A stretch of DNA of 24,000 nt from assembly GCA_965262705.1 (NCBI GenBank), contig OZ253556.1, positions 863,559 to 887,558 of the forward strand, given 5' to 3'. The notes under the pieces were generated by a model. It made no database searches and was not told the DNA's origin. It was given only the letters and a program-made list of their open reading frames with translations. Below are positions 7,921 through 16,400 of the stretch, piece by piece (position 1 is the stretch's first letter; every line of letters begins with the position of its first letter). The translations under genes and the position numbers were made by a program. Origin of the DNA: Flavobacteriales bacterium. GTDB lineage: Bacteria > Bacteroidota > Bacteroidia > Flavobacteriales > UJ101.

Positions 7921-8056
7921 GAGACCGTTGCAGAATATATAAAAAAGAAAGCACTTAGCTTCAAACTGCTTTCTTCTCAAAAAATTACAATTCTCCACAC
8001 CCATTAGGTTGCTCCGGTATTTAATTTTCAGCTTCGCTGACTTGCCATTCGTTTTT
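7921..8056 (+). repeat. repeat-family member (T1 end with internal deletion - core - eroded distal end)
   Basis: GAGACCGTTGCAGAATATATAAAAAAGAAAGCACTTAGCTTCAAACTGCTTTCTTCTCAAAAAATTACAATTCTCCACACCCATTAGGTTGCTCCGGTATTTAATTTT, then CAGCTTCGCTGACTTGCCATTCG, which resembles the complement of 4420-4445. There is no distal GGTCTC. Confidence 0.75.
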
Positions 8057-8209
8057 ATTAGACATTGCATTATATGGGTTCATTTTATAAGCTCAGGGGA
8101 TAGATTGATTTAAATTAGCATTCAATTTTCTACTTTTGTAATAAAGTTGATGAATTTTATAAAAAAATAAATTCAAGACAAATATTTGTTTAATACAACC
8201 CTTAACCCT

Positions 8210-11053
8210 ATGACAGAACAAGCTACCCAAAACAATAAAAGACTTTTTTTATTAGACGCCTACGCCCTCATCTTTAGAGGATATTATGCGTTTATTAAAA
8301 ATCCGAGAATTAATTCAAAAGGCTTAAATACCTCCGCAATTATGGGGTTCTGTAATTCAATGATTGAGATTCTAAGAAAAGAAAATCCTACGCATATTGC
8401 CGTGGTATTCGATGAAGGGAAACCTATAGTGCGAACAGAAAAATATCCTGAATATAAAGCCAACCGAGAGGAAACACCCGAAGCCATAAAGACAGCAGTG
8501 CCCTATATCAAAAAAATTATCAAAGCGTTTCATATCCCTGTTTTGTATAAAGAAGGCTATGAGGCGGACGATGTGATGGGAACGCTGGCAAAAAAAGCTG
8601 AAAAAGCCGGTTTTACCACTTATTTAATAACGCCAGATAAAGATTTCGGGCAGTTAGTAAGTGACCACATTTTTATCTATCGTCCGGCAACGAAAAGTAA
8701 TGGTGTTGAGATATGGGGCGTTCCTGAAATACAAGAGAAATTTGGTGTAGAACGTCCTGAGCAGGTGATTGATTTTCTGGGCATGATGGGAGATAAAGTA
8801 GATAACATTCCGGGACTTTTGGGAGTAGGAGAGAAAACAGCTAAAAAATATCTTGCAAAATACGGTTCAATAGAGAATCTGCTTGCCCATACAGATGAGC
8901 TAAAAGGAAAGGCAAAAGAAAAAATTGAGGCAAGCGCATCCTTAGGGGTTCTTTCTAAAGAATTAGCCACAATCATCTTAGAAGTTCCCATTGATTTTGA
9001 TGAAAAATCATTAAGGATGGAAACGCCTGATATAGAAAAAATTAAAGAAATATTTCAGTTCCTCGAGTTTAGGAGGATGACCGAACTGGTAATACAGCAT
9101 TTTAAAAAAACAATCCCCCCTGGCAAAGTTAAAGAGCCTGCCATTAATTCTTCCCGCTCTACTGCCAAAGGACAAATTTCTCTTTTTGACATGGAGCCAG
9201 AACGCACCTTAGAACAAGAAAATGAAAAAACGCCATCGGGCTACCAAACCATTGAAAACACAAAGCCTCTTTATCAATATATCCATACTAAAAAGGGGCG
9301 AAAGCTATTATTAAATAAAATTTTACAACAAAAAGAAGTTTGTTTTGATACAGAAACCACGAGTTTAAATACGTTTGAAGCCGAGTTGGTCGGTTTATCG
9401 ATTTCATTTGAAAAAAATACGGCATATTATGTTGTTTTCTCTGATGATAGGGAAGAAACACAAGCTATCTTACATGAGTTTAACCCCTTTTTTGAAAGTA
9501 CTACCATAGAAAAAATAGGGCATAATCTTAAATACGATTTAAAAGTAATGGCAAAGTATGGGGTTGAAGTCCAATCCCCCCTTTTCGATACGATGATTGC
9601 CCATTATCTAATCAACCCGGATATGCGGCATAATATGGATGTTTTAGCCGAAACTAACCTGAATTACCAGCCGATAAAAATTGAAACCTTAATTGGTAAA
9701 AAAGGGAAAAATCAATTATCAATGAGGGATGTCAGTATAGAAAAACAAACGCCTTATGCCTGCGAAGATGCAGATATTACCCTGCAATTGAAAACCATTT
9801 TTGAACAGAAACTGACATCTGAACTAAAAAAATTGTTTTATACCCTTGAAATGCCTTTGATGCGGGTATTAATACAAATGGAATTGAATGGAATTTCACT
9901 GGACTCAAAGGCTTTATCTGCTCTTTCAGAAGAACTGAAAAAAGACAGTAAAGCATTAGAACAATCTATTTACAATTTGGCAGGAGAGGAATTTAACATT
10001 GCATCCCCCAAGCAGCTTGGACCTATTTTATTTGAAAAACTATCCTTATCCAAAAAACCAAAAAAAACTAAAACGGGGCAGTATTCTACTTCGGAAGAAG
10101 TCCTTTCCAAATTAGAAAAAGAGCATCAAATTGTAGCGGATATTTTGAAGTATCGAGAAGTAAATAAGTTAAAATCGACTTATGTAGATGCTTTGCCAAA
10201 AGAAATTAACCCTCAAACCGGTCGTATTCATACTACTTTTGGGCAAACGGTGGCTTCCACCGGGCGATTGAGTTCAAATCATCCTAACCTGCAAAATATT
10301 CCCATTAGAACGCAACGAGGGCAGGAAGTGAGAAAGGCCTTTATCGCCAAAGATGAAAACCATGTGCTCATTTCGGCAGATTATTCTCAGGTGGAATTGC
10401 GGTTAATTGCCCAGATGGCAGATGAGCCGACGATGATACAGGCATTTACAAATGGAGAAGATATTCACGCTTCGACTGCTGCAAAAATATTTAATGTTCC
10501 GATAGATAAAGTAACACGTACACAACGCGCACAAGCCAAGACGGTCAATTTCGGGATTATTTATGGCGTATCTGCCTTTGGTTTAAGCGAACAAACCGGG
10601 TTATCACGCGCTGAAGCTAAAAAATTGATTGACGCCTACTATGAAACGTATCCAGTGCTTAAAGCGTTTATTGCAAAACAAATTTCTTCAGCAAGAGAAA
10701 AAGGATATGTAGAAACACTTCTGGGAAGAAGGCGGTATTTGAAAGATATTAACTCAAATAACAGCGTAGTTCGCAGCCATGCTGAACGAAACGCAATAAA
10801 CGCTCCGATACAGGGAAGTGCCGCTGACCTTATTAAAATGGCAATGATTGAAGTGCAAAAATACTTAACCGAAAATAAGATGAATGCTAAACTATTATTG
10901 CAAGTCCATGATGAGTTGGTCTTAGAAGCGCCAAATACTGAAAAAGAAGATTTAAAAAAAGTATTAAAAAATATTATGGAAAATGTTTTTCAAACGAGTG
11001 TCCCCTTAATTACAGATGTTCAGGAAGGAAGAAATTGGTTAGAAGCGCACTAG
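8210..11053 (+). CDS. polA: DNA polymerase I
   Basis: 5'-nuclease domain (LLDAYALIFRGYYAF, GYEADDV), 3'-5' exonuclease motif (CFDTETTSL), and polymerase motifs A (SADYSQVELRL), B (RAQAKTVNFGIIYG) and C (LQVHDELV). I prefer the ATG at 8210 (MTEQATQNNKRLFLLD) to the tracked TTG at 8186. Confidence 0.95.
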   Translation: MTEQATQNNKRLFLLDAYALIFRGYYAFIKNPRINSKGLNTSAIMGFCNSMIEILRKENPTHIAVVFDEGKPIVRTEKYPEYKANREETPEAIKTAVPYIKKIIKAFHIPVLYKEGYEADDVMGTLAKKAEKAGFTTYLITPDKDFGQLVSDHIFIYRPATKSNGVEIWGVPEIQEKFGVERPEQVIDFLGMMGDKVDNIPGLLGVGEKTAKKYLAKYGSIENLLAHTDELKGKAKEKIEASASLGVLSKELATIILEVPIDFDEKSLRMETPDIEKIKEIFQFLEFRRMTELVIQHFKKTIPPGKVKEPAINSSRSTAKGQISLFDMEPERTLEQENEKTPSGYQTIENTKPLYQYIHTKKGRKLLLNKILQQKEVCFDTETTSLNTFEAELVGLSISFEKNTAYYVVFSDDREETQAILHEFNPFFESTTIEKIGHNLKYDLKVMAKYGVEVQSPLFDTMIAHYLINPDMRHNMDVLAETNLNYQPIKIETLIGKKGKNQLSMRDVSIEKQTPYACEDADITLQLKTIFEQKLTSELKKLFYTLEMPLMRVLIQMELNGISLDSKALSALSEELKKDSKALEQSIYNLAGEEFNIASPKQLGPILFEKLSLSKKPKKTKTGQYSTSEEVLSKLEKEHQIVADILKYREVNKLKSTYVDALPKEINPQTGRIHTTFGQTVASTGRLSSNHPNLQNIPIRTQRGQEVRKAFIAKDENHVLISADYSQVELRLIAQMADEPTMIQAFTNGEDIHASTAAKIFNVPIDKVTRTQRAQAKTVNFGIIYGVSAFGLSEQTGLSRAEAKKLIDAYYETYPVLKAFIAKQISSAREKGYVETLLGRRRYLKDINSNNSVVRSHAERNAINAPIQGSAADLIKMAMIEVQKYLTENKMNAKLLLQVHDELVLEAPNTEKEDLKKVLKNIMENVFQTSVPLITDVQEGRNWLEAH

Positions 11054-11066
11054 CTTTCACTAAGAG

Positions 11067-11149
11067 GAGACCTTTAGCTTAGCTGACTTGCAGCTCAGTT
11101 GCTAAATGCGTTCTTTTTCATACTTTTTTATGTGTTCTGCAACGGTCTC
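11067..11149. repeat. 83-bp repeat-family member (variant end GAGACCTTTAGC... plus T1 end)
   Basis: GAGACCTTTAGCTTAGCTGACTTGCAGCTCAGTTGCTAAATGCGTTCTTTTTCATACTTTTTTATGTGTTCTGCAACGGTCTC. It starts 13 nt after the polA stop and is followed by another TTTTTGCAAC. Confidence 0.85.
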
Positions 11150-11234
11150 TTTTTGCAACATTCCTATAATGTATCGTAGACTAAAAATATTGTACATTGC
11201 GCGCATGATATTTATAACAAAGAGGGATTATAAA

Positions 11235-12154
11235 ATGAACCATAAGGCTTATACTATTTTAAGTGCTACATTAATATATTTGCTTTTCAGTATTTGTTTA
11301 ATGGCTCAAACATTTCGTATAGGCAGGTTTAATATTCGATATGATAACCCAAAAGATTCTCTAAACAACTGGAAATACAGAAAAAGGGCTATAGCTCAAC
11401 TTATTCGATTTCACGATTTTGATATTTTAGGCGCTCAAGAGGGTCTGCATCATATGTTGGTTCAGCTTCAGGAAAAATTGCCCGGTTACACATATATAGG
11501 CGTAGGAAGAGATGACGGCAGGCAAGAAGGGGAATATTCAGCCATATTCTATAAAAAAGATACGTTTACTCTTTTAGATAAAGGTAACTTTTAGCTATCG
11601 CCCCATTCTAGCACGCCTAATAAGGGCTGGGATGCTGTGTTACCAAGAATTTGCTCCCGGGGTAGATTTAAAGAAAAAAATACCGGCGTTACTTTCTACT
11701 TTTTCAATGCGCATTTTGATCATGTTGGGAAAAAAGCTCGAAGGGAAAGCAGTAAGTTATTATAAAAAAGATAAAAGAAATCGCCGGAGGCGACCCTACT
11801 TTCTTAACCGGTGATTTTAATGAAGACCAAAACAGTGTTGGCTATAAATTGCTCAATGTTTCTTATATACTTAAAGATGCCTATGACCTCGCGCCTTTAA
11901 AATAGGGCGCCCGAGGTTCTTTTAATGGGTTTAATATCAATACTTATACAGAAAGTCGTATATATCATATTTTTATTACAAAGAATTTTAAAGTATTAAA
12001 ACATGCTATTTTAACTGATACTTATCACACCGATAAGCAGGATTTAGTAAAGAGTATAAACAAAAACTATGCATTAGAAAGAGCAAAATTATATTTGAAA
12101 AAAGCCCGATTCCCGTCAGACCATTATCCGCTATTAGCGGTAATTGCTTTTTAA
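11235..12154 (+). pseudogene. secreted endonuclease/exonuclease/phosphatase (EEP) family protein, inactivated
   Basis: Signal peptide plus FRIGRFNIRYDNP...FDILGAQEG...YSAIFYKK. There is an in-frame TAG at 11592-11594 where family members have Trp (F*LSP). The same frame continues PNKGWDAVLPRICSRGRF...YFFNAHFDHVGKKARRES to a TAA near 11761. The sequence resumes in another frame (KKIKEIAGGDPTFLTGDFNEDQNS...), hits a second in-frame TAG near 11902, then reads FNGFNINTY...HIFITKNFKVLKH...RFPSDHYPLLAVIAF*. Confidence 0.85.
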
Positions 12155-12247
12155 TGAGTTTGATTCTTTTAAATCAAACTAAAAAAGGGAAAAGCAACTC
12201 TACCAATAAAGTAAAATAGGTCTGGCAATAAACAAAAAAACATTTTT

Positions 12248-12294
12248 GGAGACCGTTGCAAAAAGCACGCTAACAAAAAGATGCAACGGTCTCC
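12248..12294. repeat. minimal 47-bp repeat-family member (two termini back to back)
   Basis: GGAGACCGTTGCAAAAAGCACGCTAACAAAAAGATGCAACGGTCTCC has perfect 13-bp inverted termini around 21 nt. Confidence 0.9.
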
Positions 12295-12380
12295 ATTAAG
12301 CGAGAAATAAGTTTAAAGCTTTTTTGGTTTGAAAAAAAGGTTTGAAAAAAATGAAGAATGATAACAAAAGGGATAGTAAA

Positions 12381-12406
12381 AGATCGTTGCAGAATATATA
12401 AAAATC
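12381..12406 (+). repeat. isolated, slightly mutated T1 terminus
   Basis: AGATCGTTGCAGAATATATAAAAATC compared with GAGACCGTTGCAGAATATATAAAAAAG. It ends 13 nt from the mfd stop codon. Confidence 0.6.
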
Positions 12407-12419
12407 AACTGATGAACAA

Positions 12420-15400
12420 CTAAATACCCATTTCTTTTATGATTTCTAACGCGTTATCAATAGAATTAATCCTATCAAATCTCAACATGGGTACCGTTGA
12501 GCCGTCTTTTTGAGATTTTTCTTTTAGCTGTGCTAATTGATAATACTTCGTCTGTACTTTTTCTAAAATGACCTGAAACTTCCCTGATTCATAAAAAGAT
12601 GAATGTATATTTTGAATAAAATAAGCCAATAAAACATTATTTTTTAATACAATTTTTTCGATTCCCAAGTCATGGCACAGCCATTTTAATTGAAGGGATT
12701 TGAATAGCGCCTCAACTGGTGAAGGGAGCGTACCAAATCTATCGACTAGATTAAGCGTATATTCTTGTAATTCTTCAGAATTCTTTAGTTGATTTAACTC
12801 GTGGTATAGCACTAAACGCTCTTCCACATCATTTACATAATCATCGGGAATTAAAAGTTCAAAATCGGTATCGATTGTTACGGGGCTTACCTTTTCTACT
12901 AGCTGGTCTTCGCTTTTTTTATCCCCTTTAAATAATTCTTTAAATTCCTTTTCTTTTAACTCTTCGATGGCTTCATTTAATGTTTTCTGATAGGTATCAA
13001 ACCCCATAGTATGAATAAATCCGCTTTGCTCACCTCCTAATAAATTCCCCGCGCCGCGAATTTCTAAATCTTTCATCGCAATGTTAAACCCGGCACCCAG
13101 ATCTGAAAATTGCTCTATCGCTTGCAAACGCTTGCGCGCTTCTTCAGTCATTGTGGAATAAGGCGGCGTAATCAAATAACAAAACGCTCTTTTATTAGCC
13201 CGCCCGACACGCCCTCGCAGCTGATGCAAATCAGCCAGACCAAAGTGTTGTGCCTGATTAATTATCATGGTATTGGCATTAGGTATATCTAAGCCGCTTT
13301 CAACGATGGTAGTAGAAATGAGCACGTCAAAACGTGCTTCTATAAAATCAAGCATTAATTTCTCAAGTTTTTTTCCCTCCATTTGTCCATGCCCTACCAC
13401 TATTCTGGCATCGGGGACTAGCCGTTGTATCATACTGGCAACCTGCGCTATATTTTCTATTCGATTGTGGATAAAAAACACCTGCCCGCCTCGAGAAAGT
13501 TCAAAAGAAATCGCATCACGAATGACTTCTTCGCTAAAATTCACACGCTGCGTATCTACGGGCTGCCGGTTGGGCGGCGGGGTTTTCATAATAGATAAAT
13601 CACGAGCCGCCATCAAAGAGAATTGTAAAGTGCGGGGAATAGGGGTTGCGGTTAGCGTTAGTGTATCTACATTTTCCCGAAAATTCTTAAGCTGATCTTT
13701 TACCTTTACCCCTAATTTATGTTCTTCATCGATAATGAGCAAGCCGAGATCTTTGAACATGGTTTTTTTTGCAGCCAATTGATGCGTCCCGATAAGAATG
13801 TCAATTTTTCCGTCTTTTAAGTCTTCCAAAATGAGCCGCCGATCCTTAGTTGTTCGGAAACGATTGATATAATCTACCTTTACGGACATTTCTTTTAATC
13901 GACGGGAAAAACTACGATAGTGCTGGAACGCTAAAAGGGTAGTAGGGACGAGTACCGCCACTTGTTTACCATCTGTAACAGCCTTAAAAGCCGCACGAAT
14001 GGCAATTTCAGTTTTTCCAAAACCTACATCTCCGCAAATTAATCGATCCATCACACGCTCGCTTTCCATATCTTCTTTTATTTCTTGTGTGGCTTTTAGC
14101 TGATCTGGCGTATCCTCAAAAATAAAGGAGGCTTCTAATTCATTCTGTAAATAGGTATCGGGAGAGAATGCAAATCCTTTATTTGAACGGCGCTTGGCGT
14201 ATAACTTAATTAAATCAAACGCGATTTCTTTGACTTTCTTTTTGGTTTTGTTTTTTAGATTTTTCCATGCCGGCGAGCCTAATTTATTTACCTTTACAGG
14301 CGCTCCGTCCTTGCCGTTATATTTGGATATTTTATGCAGCGAATGAATATTAACATATAAAATATCATGGTCTTTATAAATTAATTTGATAGCCTCTTGC
14401 CTGCATCCGTTATTTTCAATTTTCATCAGCCCGCCAAACTTACCAATGCCATGGTCTATGTGCGTTACGTAATCGCCCACTTTGAGATGATTCAGTTCTT
14501 TTATCGTAATCGATTGTTTTCGGCTGTAACGCTTCAATTTAAATTGATGATACCGTTCAAATATTTGATGATCCGTATAGCAGGCAAGGCGATGGGTTCT
14601 ATCGACAAAGCCGTGAGAAATGGTTCCTAAGATCGTTTTATATTCGATATTTGGGGCGATATCCTGGAAGATATCCTCCAAGCGTTTTTGCTGTTTTTCT
14701 GAAGAACAGCAAAGATAATTCGTTAAGCCATTTTGAGTATTTTCTATAAGATTTTGAGCTAATAAATTAAATTGTTTATTAAACCCTGGCTGAGGACTGC
14801 TTTCTATAGTACAAATAAAATCAGAATGGAAATAGGGCTGGGCATTAAACTCTAGTATAGAAAAAGTCTTCAACTGACTGATACATTCTTCCTTATTGAT
14901 AAATAAATGGCAAGGTTCGGTATCATTTAATTTTTTAGAACGGCTATCAAATTGTTTTTTAACTTTTTCAAAATGATTTTCTATGCGGGAAAGCAGCCAC
15001 TCAATATTTTGAACTGAAAGAATGGCATGAGGTAAAAGATATTTAAAAAAACTTTCTCGCGGCTCTTTTAGAAATTTATTTTCAATGTTTGGAATAATAT
15101 ATATTCCATTTTTTTTATCTACGGATAATTGGGTATCAATATCAAATGTACGAATGCTCTCTACACTATCTCCAAAAAATTCTACTCGATAAGGCCGGTC
15201 GTTAGAAAAAGAGAAAACATCAACAATCCCGCCGCGAATAGAAAATTCTCCCGGTCGGGTAACAAAATCAACCCGTTTGAATTGATATTCGAATAAGGTT
15301 TCATTAATAAAATCTATAGATAAAGAATCGTTTACCTTTAGCTCTAATGTGTGGCTGCTTAATGCACTTTGTGTAAATACTTTTTCGAGTAATGCCTCGG

Positions 15401-15779
15401 GGTAAGTAACAATAATAGATGAGTCTGTATTATTCTTTAATTGATCTAACGAGCGGGCACGTAATAATACATTTGCATAATTCGTTTCTTCAATTTCGCA
15501 TGGGCGCTTAAACGAGTCCGGAAAAAACCACAAAGTTTCTTTTCCCAACAAGTCTTCTAATTCATTCAATACATAAGCTGCTTGCTCTTTATCATCCATT
15601 ATAATAAGCAAAGGAGCATTTATTTTTGAAAAAACAGCCGCATTAAAAAAACTGAAGATACTCCCGCTGATTTGCTTTAGATTAAGTTTAATTCTGTTTC
15701 TTTCTTTTAATACTGCCATGATTTTTTCTATAATTTCTGAATTTTTATACCGATTGAAGATAGGGTGAGTAGAAATCAT
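12420..15779 (-). CDS. mfd: transcription-repair coupling factor
   Basis: 1119 aa. UvrB-homology N-terminus, CarD/RNAP-interacting domain (VGDYVTHIDHGIGKF), superfamily-2 helicase motifs (GDVGFGKTE, LLIIDEEHKLGV, TLTATPIPRT, QLRGRVGR) and a TRG-type C-terminal region. Confidence 0.95.
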   Translation of the reverse strand: MISTHPIFNRYKNSEIIEKIMAVLKERNRIKLNLKQISGSIFSFFNAAVFSKINAPLLIIMDDKEQAAYVLNELEDLLGKETLWFFPDSFKRPCEIEETNYANVLLRARSLDQLKNNTDSSIIVTYPEALLEKVFTQSALSSHTLELKVNDSLSIDFINETLFEYQFKRVDFVTRPGEFSIRGGIVDVFSFSNDRPYRVEFFGDSVESIRTFDIDTQLSVDKKNGIYIIPNIENKFLKEPRESFFKYLLPHAILSVQNIEWLLSRIENHFEKVKKQFDSRSKKLNDTEPCHLFINKEECISQLKTFSILEFNAQPYFHSDFICTIESSPQPGFNKQFNLLAQNLIENTQNGLTNYLCCSSEKQQKRLEDIFQDIAPNIEYKTILGTISHGFVDRTHRLACYTDHQIFERYHQFKLKRYSRKQSITIKELNHLKVGDYVTHIDHGIGKFGGLMKIENNGCRQEAIKLIYKDHDILYVNIHSLHKISKYNGKDGAPVKVNKLGSPAWKNLKNKTKKKVKEIAFDLIKLYAKRRSNKGFAFSPDTYLQNELEASFIFEDTPDQLKATQEIKEDMESERVMDRLICGDVGFGKTEIAIRAAFKAVTDGKQVAVLVPTTLLAFQHYRSFSRRLKEMSVKVDYINRFRTTKDRRLILEDLKDGKIDILIGTHQLAAKKTMFKDLGLLIIDEEHKLGVKVKDQLKNFRENVDTLTLTATPIPRTLQFSLMAARDLSIMKTPPPNRQPVDTQRVNFSEEVIRDAISFELSRGGQVFFIHNRIENIAQVASMIQRLVPDARIVVGHGQMEGKKLEKLMLDFIEARFDVLISTTIVESGLDIPNANTMIINQAQHFGLADLHQLRGRVGRANKRAFCYLITPPYSTMTEEARKRLQAIEQFSDLGAGFNIAMKDLEIRGAGNLLGGEQSGFIHTMGFDTYQKTLNEAIEELKEKEFKELFKGDKKSEDQLVEKVSPVTIDTDFELLIPDDYVNDVEERLVLYHELNQLKNSEELQEYTLNLVDRFGTLPSPVEALFKSLQLKWLCHDLGIEKIVLKNNVLLAYFIQNIHSSFYESGKFQVILEKVQTKYYQLAQLKEKSQKDGSTVPMLRFDRINSIDNALEIIKEMGI

Positions 15780-15827
15780 GGCAGCAAAGATAATATAAGC
15801 AGAATATTTTAGCGAGACCTTTGGTTT

Positions 15828-15991
15828 GAGACCGTTGCAAAAAGCACTTTAGCAAAAAAATGCAACGCCCGATAAAAATTAAGCACCGGAGCAACCTAAT
15901 GGGTGTGGAGGATTTTAATTTTTTGAGAAGGAAGTAGTTTGAAGTTAGATGCTTTCTTTTTCATACTTTTTATGTGTTCTGCAACGGTCTC
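15828..15991 (-). repeat. 164-bp repeat-family member (T2 end - core - T1 end), inverted relative to 4615 and 23197
   Basis: GAGACCGTTGCAAAAAGCACTTTAGCAAAAAAATGCAACGCCCGATAAAAATTAAGCACCGGAGCAACCTAATGGGTGTGGAGGATTTTAATTTTTTGAGAAGGAAG...TTCTGCAACGGTCTC, with perfect 12-bp termini. An extra half-site GAGACCTTTGG lies just upstream at 15814. Confidence 0.9.
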
Positions 15992-16090
15992 GAATATTAT
16001 GAGCGTCTTCCGTTTTCGCCTGCATATCATTAATATATTTATAACAGATCTCTCCTTGAAACAGAAAATCCATTACGATGCAGCCACAAC

Positions 16091-16284
16091 AGGGAAGAAC
16101 CTCTTCACCCCATAAGGTGAAACTACTCTAAGCTATGGGGAAGAACCTCTTCACCCCATAAGGTGAAACTGCTCTAAGCTATGGGGAAGAACCTCTTCAC
16201 CCCATAAGGTGAAACTGCTCTAAGCTATGGGGAAGAACCTCTTCACCCTATAAGGTGAAACTACTCTAAGCTATGGGGAAGAAC
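16091..16284. repeat. 46-bp tandem repeat, 4.2 copies, each unit containing hairpin-forming inverted repeats
   Basis: Unit GGGGAAGAACCTCTTCACCCCATAAGGTGAAACTRCTCTAAGCTAT at 16091, 16137, 16183 and 16229, plus a partial GGGGAAGAAC at 16275-16284. Only 3 variant positions. The unit length is not a multiple of 3 and every frame has stops. Confidence 0.95.
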
Positions 16285-16400
16285 ATTTCAAGACCGTTGC
16301 AAGGTAATGAAGGATTAGATATAAAAAAAGTGATACTTCGACTACGCTCAGCAAGCATACTAAACGGCTATTTTATCTAAAAAGATAGTCTATTTATGCC

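Noticed and set aside
7882-8070. A 62-aa ORF on the minus strand between tRNA-Ser and polA.
   Set aside because: It is made almost entirely of the repeat copy at 7921-8056, and the equivalent frame is closed in other copies.
8284-8991. Antisense ORFs 8284-8487 and 8677-8991 inside polA. The ORFs 13110-13292, 13267-13695 and 14397-14630 opposite mfd, and 18467-19165 opposite the GH2 gene, are the same kind.
   Set aside because: They are antisense shadows of long conserved genes with no independent support.
11106-11234. An N-terminal extension of the EEP ORF (MRSFSYFFMCSATVSFCNIPIMYRRLK...).
   Set aside because: The extension reads through the repeat copy at 11067-11149. A proper signal peptide starts at the ATG at 11235.
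11632-11814. A 60-aa ORF (MLCYQEFAPGVDLKKK...).
   Set aside because: It is in the wrong frame of the EEP pseudogene. The homologous reading (PNKGWDAVLPRICSRGRF...) is in the adjacent frame.
12326-12351. A perfect tandem duplication GGTTTGAAAAAAA x2 downstream of mfd.
   Set aside because: It is real but trivial: a 13-bp slippage duplication in A-rich spacer with no associated structure or gene.
16091-16284. CRISPR array interpretation of the 46-bp repeats (the unit contains GGTGAAAC, which resembles the 3' end of some CRISPR repeats).
   Set aside because: The units are directly abutting and near-identical, with no unique spacers between them. No cas genes or leader are present in the window. 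It is a plain tandem repeat.
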